From NCBI GenBank assembly GCA_963729715.1, contig CAVSPA010000005.1:608001-672000 (forward strand): 64,000 nucleotides of DNA, in the 5' to 3' direction. This document shows, in pieces, positions 10,260-19,005 of this stretch. Numbering within the stretch: the stretch's first letter is position 1; each line of letters opens with the position of its first letter. Under the pieces are notes generated by a model that made no database searches, was not told where the DNA came from, and worked only from the letters and a program-made list of their open reading frames with translations. Origin of the DNA: an uncultured delta proteobacterium. GTDB taxonomy: Bacteria > Desulfobacterota > Syntrophia > Syntrophales > UBA2185. A program made the translations under genes and the position numbers.

Positions 10260-10964
10260 TCACTTCGGCTTCTTCCAGAATGGGCCGGTCTTACCGATTT
10301 CTTTCATGCCTTGAACCATCTCACGGGCGTATTCATGTATGTGTGACAGATAGTCCTTATCCATCCGCCGCCTGAAGAAAGGCCCGGAGAATAGTTTGCG
10401 TAATTGCTCCAGTGACAGGATGCCCTCGTCGGTGCCTTGGACAAAGGACTTCCAGTTGCGGACATGCTCTTCCGACCGGAAGAGATTCATCGTGCTTCAG
10501 GCATAGCCCGGATCTTCAAACCATTTCCAGAAGGGCACGGCTACATAGGCCGTGTATCCTGAGGCTTCGGCATTCAAAATGACCCCGTCCCGGATGACCA
10601 CACGGAGCGGCGCGCCGCAGTCCAAACAGGGGAAATCCACCGTCACCGCCTTGCCAGGGAATAGCCAGCAGACCGCCAGCGATTCGAATGCTCACTGGCC
10701 GAACCATTTCTGCTGACCGTCGATGGTGATCCGGTATTGGGTTGGAAGATTGTTGAAGGGAGCGAAGGAGACGATGTGGTCCGTGCGGGGATACAGCCAC
10801 GAAGGGATTCCCGAGGAGAACAGGTCGTGCATGACCTTCCGGCCTTCCTCAACGGGAAGCCCGAATTCTTGGGCAAGTTCCGTGTAAAAGGGCGCCTGCC
10901 CGGTTTCTACCATGCGTTTCATGATGATGTGAAACGCCTTCTCCAGCATTGGGGGTGCGCTCAT
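10260..10964 (-). CDS. merB: MerB-like (organomercurial lyase fold) selenoprotein, 234 aa, with two Sec residues (U91, U156)
   Basis: Track ORFs 10692..10964 and 10260..10490 are in one frame, interrupted only by TGA at 10692-10694 and 10497-10499. Read-through gives KWFGQ-U-AFESLAV...PCLDCGAPLRVVI...DPGYA-U-STMNLFRSEEH, matching the MerB WCALD, CxxxG and FC..VHFF motifs; a hairpin follows each UGA. Confidence 0.88.
10464..10490 (-). promoter_or_regulatory. Putative bacterial SECIS for MerB U156
   Basis: UGA-agcacg-AUG-aau-CUCUUCC-GGUC-GGAAGAG-CAU; perfect 7-bp upper stem, loop starts 19 nt after the UGA. Confidence 0.75.
10659..10685 (-). promoter_or_regulatory. Putative bacterial SECIS for MerB U91
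   Basis: UGA-gcauuc-GAAU-c-GCUGGC-GGUCU-GCUGGC-u-AUUC (G-U pairs included); loop starts 17 nt after the UGA. Confidence 0.65.
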
Positions 10965-11021
10965 GGTATTTCCTCCTTTATAATTCTGTTTTTCAAATTC
11001 CCTATTCAGATGAAAGTCTAT

Positions 11022-11579
11022 CTACACGTCCTTCATAAACTCAATTGACGTCATACTTTTGAAAAGAGGATAAAGCGGGTTGTTGCGGTACAGGTTCAAT
11101 GTCGTTTCATGAATTTCCCTGGTGAAGGCGGCGCAGCAGTCTTCGAGGATATAGGCCTGGAAATCGTTAGACAAGGCGTCAAGGGCGGTTACGAGGACAC
11201 ACCAGTGCGTGCTTATGCCGCAGATTGCAACCGTGTCCACTCCGTGCAGTCTGAGAATCTGATCCATGTCCGTCTTGTAGAAGGCGCTGAACCTGCGCTT
11301 GGGACTGTAAATATCCGTCGGAGCCTGAATCAAGAGCTCCGTTACCTCCGCATCTGTTGTCCCGCGAATGGAGCGCTCTTTCATCTTTCCACCGAAGATG
11401 AAGTCTCCTTTCAAAAAACTGTCCATGGAAAAAATCACCGGGATGGACTTGCGGCGGGCAAATTCGGTAAGACGGTTGATATTTGGGCAGACGGCACGGG
11501 CAAGTGGGGTAATCGGAAAGCCCGGTTCAACTTCCAATGAGTCTTTAAGCATGTCGACGATAACAATTGCAGGTTTCAT
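11022..11579 (-). CDS. Isochorismatase-family cysteine hydrolase
   Basis: AIVIVDM, KRRFSAFYKT and GISTHWCV give the Asp-Lys-Cys triad. Confidence 0.92.
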   Translation of the reverse strand: MKPAIVIVDMLKDSLEVEPGFPITPLARAVCPNINRLTEFARRKSIPVIFSMDSFLKGDFIFGGKMKERSIRGTTDAEVTELLIQAPTDIYSPKRRFSAFYKTDMDQILRLHGVDTVAICGISTHWCVLVTALDALSNDFQAYILEDCCAAFTREIHETTLNLYRNNPLYPLFKSMTSIEFMKDV

Positions 11580-11597
11580 TCACATCTCCGCCAAAAT

Positions 11598-11630
11598 AAA
11601 AAGAGGCAAGTAATAACGCCTTGCCTCTTT
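11598..11630 (-). terminator. Intrinsic terminator after the AbfD-like gene
   Basis: Minus strand: AAAGAGGCAAG-9 nt-CTTGCCTCTTT continuing into TTATTTT. Confidence 0.7.
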
Positions 11631-11652
11631 CTTCTTCGTTTGATCTCCTTGA

Positions 11653-13104
11653 TTATTCTTCCTTCATGCCCATGAGCTTCTTGGCCATCTTCTTCTTAGC
11701 GTCAAAGTCCGTGAGCACGGAGATCATGAACCGCTGTGTCTGAGGGGCGCCGGCGCCGTGCCAGGTTCCCGTGCCATGCAGACCGGCTGACCAGTGCTGG
11801 AGGAACTTTGCGACCTTAAGGCGCTTGTCCGCCGGGGCTGCAGCCGCGAAAGCCTTTTTCAGCATGGGCCCGACCTCCGGGTCTTCCAGGTCCTTTTGCC
11901 TCGGCATGGTTACCACCAGGCCGCCACCGATATCTCCGGCGTTCTTGATGATTTCCCAGAATCCGTGGGCGATGTTCAGCTTGGCGGCATTGCCGAAGAG
12001 ATCGTCCGGAAGGAAGACGCCGGATCCCCTGGGTTCTTCCCTTCCCCGCATGGCTGCCGCGATAGCGCAGGCGTGGGACGTCTCGCTGAAGCGTACCATA
12101 TCAATGATCTTCTCCTGGATGTGAGGGACCTTGTCCACACCGGTGTATTCGGCGGCAAGCACGGTGCCTCCGATAACCAGGTCGGCGAATCCCACCTTGC
12201 AGGCGCCGCCGCAATTCATGCGGTGGGCCTTGGCGAACCGGGTAACCATTTTCCCGCAGAACTTGGTCTCGCCGCAGAGGAAAACTCGCTCCCAGGGAAT
12301 GAAGACATTGTCAAAAACCATCGTCGACGTTTCCCTCTGTCCGAAGACGGGATTCCCAATCTCGGCTTCGTCTTCACAAAATTCACGCTCCGCCGAGTAG
12401 GCATTGTATTGGCAGATGTATGTAAGCCCCGGTACGCTGTTTTGTACCGCAAAGGCCAGGGCAAAGGCCTCTTCGCCTTCTCTCAGGGCGCCTCCCGGCA
12501 GAACAAGTGTTTCATGCGAGCCTATGGCGCCGCTCTGGCTCACCTTGATCCCGCGTACTACGATTCCATCGTCACGTTTTTCAACAAGGTGAACGAATGT
12601 ATCGGGTTCGTCCTGCTGGGAAGGCCTCTTTTTCCTGTCTCCTTTTGCATCGGTTATCGCGCCGGAGACTGCGAGGTCGTTGGCCTGGGCGAATGCAAGC
12701 CATTTGTTAAATCTTTCATTATATTTCGTTTTCAAATCCCGGTCCATCTCCCACGTCGTAGAGGCGAGGCTGTTGAGTGCATCGCAACCCACGCAGCGGT
12801 AATTGCAGGTACCCACCGTCTGGCTCGTCAAGAGGGCCATCTCCTGCCGCATGTCGAGGTCGTGGATATTGCGTGCCACGTTAAGGTTGCGGTTGATCGC
12901 TTCCCCCGTCAGGTGCGATGTAGCGACCATGATTCCCTTGTATTTCGGGTCTTCAGCGAGCTCGTAAATCGCCGCGTTGGCCATAACCATGGAACGCGTA
13001 ATTTTGTTGTTGAGCAGATTCTTCACCCATTTACCCCCGCAATAGACGCGGGGCGACAGCTTCTTCATACTGTCCAGATATTCCTTTGCAGTCTTTAAAG
13101 CCAT
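11653..13104 (-). CDS. Divergent 4-hydroxybutyryl-CoA dehydratase/HpaB-family flavo-Fe-S protein
   Basis: CNYRCVGCD, TDAKGDR, HRMNCGGACK and WHGAGAPQ motifs; colinear with the paralog at 21471. Confidence 0.88.
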   Translation of the reverse strand: MALKTAKEYLDSMKKLSPRVYCGGKWVKNLLNNKITRSMVMANAAIYELAEDPKYKGIMVATSHLTGEAINRNLNVARNIHDLDMRQEMALLTSQTVGTCNYRCVGCDALNSLASTTWEMDRDLKTKYNERFNKWLAFAQANDLAVSGAITDAKGDRKKRPSQQDEPDTFVHLVEKRDDGIVVRGIKVSQSGAIGSHETLVLPGGALREGEEAFALAFAVQNSVPGLTYICQYNAYSAEREFCEDEAEIGNPVFGQRETSTMVFDNVFIPWERVFLCGETKFCGKMVTRFAKAHRMNCGGACKVGFADLVIGGTVLAAEYTGVDKVPHIQEKIIDMVRFSETSHACAIAAAMRGREEPRGSGVFLPDDLFGNAAKLNIAHGFWEIIKNAGDIGGGLVVTMPRQKDLEDPEVGPMLKKAFAAAAPADKRLKVAKFLQHWSAGLHGTGTWHGAGAPQTQRFMISVLTDFDAKKKMAKKLMGMKEE

Positions 13105-13122
13105 AATATCCTCCGGATTAGT

Positions 13123-13443
13123 TTATTCTTTAGACTTGATGTCTATTATATATTTCGCCTTTCCGGTACCGGGAAAGGCCCCTATATTCTCTAAGGCAAT
13201 GTCCATGATTTCCATCAATTCGGTCTCGCTTCTCTTTCCGGATAATACGAGCAGCATGCCTTTTTCCTTCAGTCGAGCTTCAGCAATGAGACCCTTTTCC
13301 TGAAAACCCGGTATGAACTTCTTGTCAAGACAGCAATACATAAAACTCGCGAATGTGCCGCCCAGACCACTGTAGCTTCCCTGCATCTCGCGTCCGATCT
13401 TGACAGCTATCACTTCCAATCCCGCATCGTTCTCTAACGCCAA
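13123..13443 (-). CDS. Hypothetical protein (106 aa, YCC motif)
   Basis: Fills the gap between operon genes; GAGAGGGA RBS before TTG. Confidence 0.6.
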   Translation of the reverse strand: MALENDAGLEVIAVKIGREMQGSYSGLGGTFASFMYCCLDKKFIPGFQEKGLIAEARLKEKGMLLVLSGKRSETELMEIMDIALENIGAFPGTGKAKYIIDIKSKE

Positions 13444-13509
13444 CTTTGATCCCTCTCACCACTATTGAGACTTATTCGTTCTGGAAATTTCTTCCAAGGC
13501 CTTCCCGAT

Positions 13510-14844
13510 TTACATCTTTCCCCTGAGAGACTGGGCCGCGATGTGGATGGCGTCCCAGGCGCCTCCGAAGGGCGGCGCGTATGGAAGATCAAGGTAGCCG
13601 ACCTCATCCACGGAGAGTCCTGCCCATAGGGCGACAGAAAGGCTGCTGATTCGTTGAACGGCCCCTTTCTCACCGATGCACTGCCCGCCGAGAAGTTTTC
13701 CCGTCTTCTTGTCTCCGACAAGTTTCACGCCCATCTTCTCCCCTTTAGCCATGGGACGGCCAACGGGAAGACCCCAGATCATGGTGCTCACCGGCTGGAA
13801 TCCATATTTTGCGGCTTCCTCCTCCGTAAGTCCGGTGGCAGCCACCTCCAGTTTGAATACCTTGAAGGCCTGAGCACCCACGACACCCGGAAACTCCGCC
13901 GGGTAACCGCCGATGTTTTGACCGGCAACACGGCCCTGCTTGTTGGCAACATCGCCGAGGGGAAAATAGACCCACCGGCCGGCGACTTTGTGAAATACCT
14001 CACAGCAGTCTCCCACTGCGTAAACCCCTTCCCGGGATGTCTTCTGCCGGAGATCCACCGTGATGGCGCCACTTTCCCCTAAGGCAATTCCCATGGATTC
14101 GGCAAGCGCGGCATTCCGCTTTGTTCCCACTCCCATCAGCACGAGATCGGCATCCAGCTCGCCGCCGCTGGTATGAAGATTCAACCTGTATTCCTTCCCT
14201 TTTTCAATCGATAGAGGCTTCGTCTCCGGAAGGAATTCCACCTGGTTCTTGGCCAGCTCTTCCACTATCATCTTCGTGAATTCGGCATCCCACCGTACGG
14301 CCGGCCGGGGCAGGATGTCCATGACCTTCACTTCAATTCCCAGGCTTCGGAGCGCCTCACACATCTCCATACCGATATAGCCCGCACCGATCAGAACCGC
14401 TTTCCTGCAGCTCTTTTCGTTCAGGTAGGATTTCATCTTCAAGGCGTCGCTCAAGTCTCTGAAGACATAGACGCCGTCCATGTCTTTGCCCGGAATATCC
14501 AGGCGGATCGCTTCGGCCCCTGTCGCCATGACCAGGAAGTCGTAAGGAAGACTCGTGCCGTCTGATAACGAGAGAGATCCCTTTTGAGGATCGACACTGT
14601 CCACGCGCGTCTTGATTTTTACGTCGATGCCCGTTTTCTTGAATTCTTCCGGCGTACGGATGACGAGCCTCTTTGACTCTTTGATTACATCACCGATGTA
14701 ATAAGGCATCGGTCAGGCCGCATAGGAAACAAAGTCACCCTTCTCAATCATCGTCACTTCCAGAGAAGGGTTTCTTCTTTTGGCCTCGGCAGCCGAAGAC
14801 GGGCCTGCCGCCCCGCCTCCCACTATAACCAGTTTTTGACCCAT
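13510..14844 (-). CDS. CoA-disulfide reductase/NADH oxidase-family selenoprotein, 444 aa, U44
   Basis: The track ORF lacks the FAD-binding N-terminus. In-frame upstream ATG at 14844 (GGAGG RBS) gives MGQKLVIVGGGAAG...FVSYAA-U-PMPYYIG, with TGA at 14713-14715 at the catalytic Cys site; GAGYIG and YAPPF motifs present. Confidence 0.92.
14684..14702 (-). promoter_or_regulatory. Putative bacterial SECIS for U44
   Basis: UGA-ccgaugccuu-AUUACAUC-GGU-GAUGUAAU; perfect 8-bp stem, loop starts 18 nt after the UGA. Confidence 0.78.
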
Positions 14845-14909
14845 TTAATGTCCTCCACAGTTATCAATTTAATTGTATACTGTCCGTTTCAAGCCTTCTC
14901 CTGATTACA

Positions 14910-15452
14910 TCAATCCTTGAGGTTTTCCACGTTTTCACTGAAGGGCTTCGACGCCAGTTCATCCTTGTCGGATAGTACTAGGTCCGCCGCAATCCCGGCT
15001 GCATCAGTAATGACCTCACGGCAGTACAGCGCGTGTTCCCTGCACAGCCAGGTGCTCTGCCATGGCACCGTCAATTCCCTGCACAGGGTCTTTCCGTATT
15101 TCGCCTTGAAGCGGTTGGGGACCACATTGAATATCCTGTAAACACCGGGCTTCCCGTACAACTGGGCCTTCGACTTCATCGCCACATCCTTTTGATCCGC
15201 TCCTTCAGGGAGTGATGCCCTGCCGTGGACGGCGCTCACGGCCATTACCGCCCCTGCCAGGGCGCCGCAGGTGTCTCCGAAAAGCCCTATGCCGCCGCCA
15301 AACCCGGTTGCGACCTTTTTGACTGCCGGAGGCAATCCTGTATCCACCAGGGTTAGAACCGCTTCAGTGACGCATTCCGCACAATTATACCCTAAAGAAA
15401 AATTCTTGCGGGCACGCTGACGGATTTCCTCGATTTTCTCCTCTTTTGTCAT
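14910..15452 (-). CDS. C-GCAxxG-C-C family putative redox-active protein
   Basis: YNCAE, GFGGGIG, TCGALAG, LCREL and C-terminal Cys motifs. Confidence 0.9.
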   Translation of the reverse strand: MTKEEKIEEIRQRARKNFSLGYNCAECVTEAVLTLVDTGLPPAVKKVATGFGGGIGLFGDTCGALAGAVMAVSAVHGRASLPEGADQKDVAMKSKAQLYGKPGVYRIFNVVPNRFKAKYGKTLCRELTVPWQSTWLCREHALYCREVITDAAGIAADLVLSDKDELASKPFSENVENLKD

Positions 15453-15581
15453 TGATCCTTCCTCCTTTTTTAAGAAATCTTTCTAAGACTTTTGTCTCAG
15501 CACATTACCGCGTTAGTCGTCTCCCCTTAGAGGCTGTCTACGCGTCTCAACGCGAAATATCAATACTGAAAAACTGCGCAT

Positions 15582-15609
15582 AGTATACGTATTTTTTCTA
15601 AGTAGTCAA
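15582..15609 (-). promoter_or_regulatory. Sigma70-type promoter for the selenoprotein cluster
   Basis: Minus strand TTGACT (15609-15604), 16 nt spacer, TATACT (15587-15582). Confidence 0.5.
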
Positions 15610-15630
15610 TCGGATCGCAATAGGATAAAA

Positions 15631-16911
15631 CTATAAAGACAAAAGATGGGATCTCAAGTTTGCCTTCTTCTTATTAAGCCTCAACTTTCTTCTAATATGA
15701 TTGCGATGAACCTCCACTGTCCTCACTGACGCATTCAACAGCTTTGCCATTTCTTTTGTCGTGCGTCCTTCTTTTATCAAATTAATGACCTTGATTTCCG
15801 TTGGCGTGAGATCGGGATATTTCGAAGAGAGGGTACGGAGGAAGGGGGAAACGATTTCATTGAGATTTCTCTCGAGTATTTTTAATTGATTCAATTGACG
15901 GCTATCAACTTGGGTCATTTTCAAATTCTCGATGTACGGGAGAATCAATTCCTTCATGTTGCAGGTAACCTTTTCCTCAAGCTCCGCTTTGTCTTCCTCT
16001 CTGCGCTTGAGCAGGACTTTCATGGCTGTATTGGCATCTTCAAGATTGCGCGAATTTTCTTCCAGCTCGCGCTCCCTCTTCTTCAACGCCTCTTCCATTT
16101 TTTTTCGTTCCGTAATGTTACGGGCAATGCCATGGATCGATACCCGTCTGCCGTTTTCTTCCATGCTCCGGGCGTTCACCTCCACCCATACGGCTTCACC
16201 GTCTTTTGTATACGTGAGAAACTCCTGTGGGTTCTGAACATCCACATCATCGAGCCTGTTTCGAATGAGCTTTCGCACTACAGGTAGATAATCCGCATCC
16301 AGAAGATTCTCTATGTTCAGCCCCAACAGCTGCGCCTGTTCATAGCCGTATGTCTTGGATGCGGCGGCATTGCAGGATAAGATCTTACCGTCGAAATCAA
16401 GTATCAATATCATGTCATTGGCATTTTCGAAGAGTTCCCTGTACTTCTGTTCCGATTGCCTCATTGCCTCTTGGGCCTTTCTCCGCTCGGTTATATCCGT
16501 AACTATCTCCACGATACCGATTGGGGAGCCTCTTCCGTCCCGCACGGGATAGCTGCGTAGAACCCAATTCTTCTTGTAAGATGAAAAATCGACTACTTCC
16601 TGGGGGTCACCCGTCTTAAGAGTTTTTACAGCCGGGCAAATTCGGCATGCCCTGCTTCTATTATGAAGCGCCTCATAGCAGTGTTTCTTATTCAATTTGC
16701 CGGGCGCCAGATTAAATGCATCAAGCATGGCCTTATTAGCCCAGATCACCCTCAGATCCTTATCAAGGTACAAGACGAGCTCGGTCATGGCATCGAGAAT
16801 GACCGATTTTTCCTGCTCTGATTTTCTCAGTTTTTCAAAGAGAGGAAGATATTTTTTTTCGGTTTGGTGGGTCGACAAACTTGATTTGTCAGGCTCCCTC
16901 ATTTTTTTCAT
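15631..16911 (-). CDS. PAS-PAS-LuxR HTH transcriptional regulator
   Basis: Two PAS/PAC domains ending DITERR and NITERK; C-terminal LTPTE...GRTTKEMA...TVEVHRNHIRRKL. Confidence 0.92.
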   Translation of the reverse strand: MKKMREPDKSSLSTHQTEKKYLPLFEKLRKSEQEKSVILDAMTELVLYLDKDLRVIWANKAMLDAFNLAPGKLNKKHCYEALHNRSRACRICPAVKTLKTGDPQEVVDFSSYKKNWVLRSYPVRDGRGSPIGIVEIVTDITERRKAQEAMRQSEQKYRELFENANDMILILDFDGKILSCNAAASKTYGYEQAQLLGLNIENLLDADYLPVVRKLIRNRLDDVDVQNPQEFLTYTKDGEAVWVEVNARSMEENGRRVSIHGIARNITERKKMEEALKKRERELEENSRNLEDANTAMKVLLKRREEDKAELEEKVTCNMKELILPYIENLKMTQVDSRQLNQLKILERNLNEIVSPFLRTLSSKYPDLTPTEIKVINLIKEGRTTKEMAKLLNASVRTVEVHRNHIRRKLRLNKKKANLRSHLLSL

Positions 16912-16954
16912 CTTTGCCTCTAATTACAATTGGGTTCGTCTTGTAATATTTTGA

Positions 16955-17980
16955 TTAATCCGGTTTTTCTTCCGGCAGTTTTTCTCCCAAAGCTAATCGG
17001 CAGATGTCGCTGATCATGAAATTCTTCATGCCCTCGTCACGCACCTTTTTATTAAGGGTTGCGAAGCACATGGCGCAGAGATAGACCATCGCCTCGGCGC
17101 CGTGATCCTTCGCATCCTTGATGTTCTTCTCCCGAAATGGCTCGAAGTTCTTTCCCCTTGGGAAGAGCTTCAGCCCCGGGCCTGCCACCTCCACACCGCA
17201 GCATATGGCATCGATACCGTCGTACTGCCGTTTTACCCGCTCCACCCCGACGAGGTCGAAGACTTCGTCCACCAGGTAATCCTTCTCAGGCGTATACCGG
17301 GAGGCGCAGGGACGCTGGTAGGCAACCTTCATGTTCAGGTTCCTCACTTTGCTTTTATTCTCCTTGAGATGGTCCCTTAGATATTCAAACAGGTGAACCG
17401 GCCGGAAGGGAAGCTTGATGCCGTATTCGGGCGCAACACCCTTAAGGACGGCATAGCAGTCGTCATGCACGAAGACGATTTCCTTTGCCCCGGACTTGGC
17501 CAAGTTGTCCACCATGGCTTGCAAGCGATTACTCATGATCGATTCGTCCCCCATGTGGGCGAAGAGGACATTGCAGAAGTAGTGTTTCCCTTTGAGGAGC
17601 GGCATCGTCTCGAAGAGCTGTCCCTGAATCGCCCAGGGCATGTTGCCCTGCATAACGCAGATGGACATTGCCCGCTCTTTGGGCGCTACCGGTTTCGGTT
17701 CACCTTCCGGCTTGAATCTTTCAGCCATCTGGACCTTCAGAGCCGGGTCGGTGAAGCTGCCGTCTTCTTCCAGTCGCTTCAGAATCAAATCGAAGGGACG
17801 GGCTCCCTTTGAGCAGTATTCATTACAGGCGATGCATGTCACACAGTCCGTGAGCCAAGCAACCTTTTCACCCAGCGCCAGTTTCTTAAATTCTCTGCCC
17901 CCGCTTTCCCTGTCGAAATCAAGGTAGCGGCATAGATTTAGACACTCACCACAATAATCGCATTTATCTTCGTGAAACAT
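16955..17980 (-). CDS. Fe-S oxidoreductase (HdrD/GlpC-like; 4Fe-4S dicluster plus CCG domains)
   Basis: CDYCGECLNLC, CVTCIACNEYC, YQRPC, ICCG and LCAMC motifs. Confidence 0.88.
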   Translation of the reverse strand: MFHEDKCDYCGECLNLCRYLDFDRESGGREFKKLALGEKVAWLTDCVTCIACNEYCSKGARPFDLILKRLEEDGSFTDPALKVQMAERFKPEGEPKPVAPKERAMSICVMQGNMPWAIQGQLFETMPLLKGKHYFCNVLFAHMGDESIMSNRLQAMVDNLAKSGAKEIVFVHDDCYAVLKGVAPEYGIKLPFRPVHLFEYLRDHLKENKSKVRNLNMKVAYQRPCASRYTPEKDYLVDEVFDLVGVERVKRQYDGIDAICCGVEVAGPGLKLFPRGKNFEPFREKNIKDAKDHGAEAMVYLCAMCFATLNKKVRDEGMKNFMISDICRLALGEKLPEEKPD

Positions 17981-18126
17981 AAATTCTCCTCAATAAATAT
18001 TACTTGTGCTCCAATCCGTCACAAGTTCTTACGTCCTGAGGATGCCGTGCTGTCGAGTTATTACCTATCAGAAAAAGGTCTCTGTCAATAGCATTTTTAT
18101 CCCTCCGTATAGTTCTGTCTCCACAG

Positions 18127-18603
18127 CTACTTTTCATTTTTCTTAGTCTTGCATTTGCTGCATAACCCGTAAAATTGTATGAGATGGTTAATGATTGTGA
18201 AATCATATTTCTTGGATAATCCGGCTTCCGTCTTTTTTAAGAGGGCCAACTCCTCATCGATAAAGTCCGCATAATCAATGACACGACGACAGCCCGTACA
18301 TACCAGATGATGATGGTGCGCCTCTCCCCGGCGCCCTTCGGCTATCTCGTATCTGGCCCTCCCGTCGCCAAAATCAAACTTATACACCAGACCGGTACTC
18401 ACAAGAACCTCCAGTGTTCTGTAAACGGACGTCAAGCCAATGGCAGGATAGGCGGTGTAAGCCTTTAAATAGATGTCCTCCGCGCTCAGATGCTCCTTCG
18501 CATCCGCCAGAACATTCATGATGGCCGCACGGCCCTGGGTTATCCGGTAGCCGTATCCCCTAAGTTGCCCATGCATGAGCGGCGGCTCCTGTCTATTCTT
18601 CAC
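18127..18603 (-). CDS. Fur-family transcriptional regulator
   Basis: HLSAEDIY, SVYRTL, HHHHLVCTGC and CSKC motifs. Confidence 0.93.
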   Translation of the reverse strand: MKNRQEPPLMHGQLRGYGYRITQGRAAIMNVLADAKEHLSAEDIYLKAYTAYPAIGLTSVYRTLEVLVSTGLVYKFDFGDGRARYEIAEGRRGEAHHHHLVCTGCRRVIDYADFIDEELALLKKTEAGLSKKYDFTIINHLIQFYGLCSKCKTKKNEK

Positions 18604-18622
18604 GAATTTTCCTCCTATTGTT

Positions 18623-18641
18623 AATGAAATTCATTTCCATT
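18623..18641. promoter_or_regulatory. Possible Fur-family autoregulatory box
   Basis: AATGAAATTCATTTCCATT, an imperfect 7-1-7 inverted repeat just upstream of the regulator start. Confidence 0.4.
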
Positions 18642-19005
18642 TACTTCTTGCAAAAGCGTCTGTCAAGGATTAATATCCGACCGTGAGACTAACCTCGGCG
18701 TTCGCTTTCCACTCATCACCGGAAATTAATCAGATTTCATTGGATAAGGGCGCTATCCGAAATTTGAATTATATTTATTTCACGTATCGTGACCCGGAGA
18801 TTACGCTTGCATTATTATTTTTTCTATGGTGAGCTGAAAACCCATGTCAGTCTCAAGCTGCAACATCCAGTTTCCGTTTTGTTTTTCTTTTTGTGTTCCT
18901 TTATCCTCGTTGCAGATGACCGGCATTAGGGCATCCGTGGGTTTGTAAAGGAAGCCCGCTCTATAATGATCGCGGGTGAATATATTTTTCGAGAGGAGTG
19001 ACGCC

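Noticed and set aside
10260..10964. Pseudogene or two-small-genes interpretation of the MerB-like locus
   Set aside because: Both stops are TGA at catalytic Cys positions with SECIS-like hairpins, and there are no frameshifts or other stops.
11794..13098. 434-aa plus-strand ORF and similar long antisense ORFs (e.g. 21975-22820, 40379-41224, 52521-53624, 57935-58738)
   Set aside because: Shadow frames of well-supported genes on the opposite strand, with no motifs of their own.
18775..18792. parS-like sequence (TTTCACGT)
   Set aside because: Only a half match to TGTTTCACGTGAAACA; no full parS was noticed in the window.
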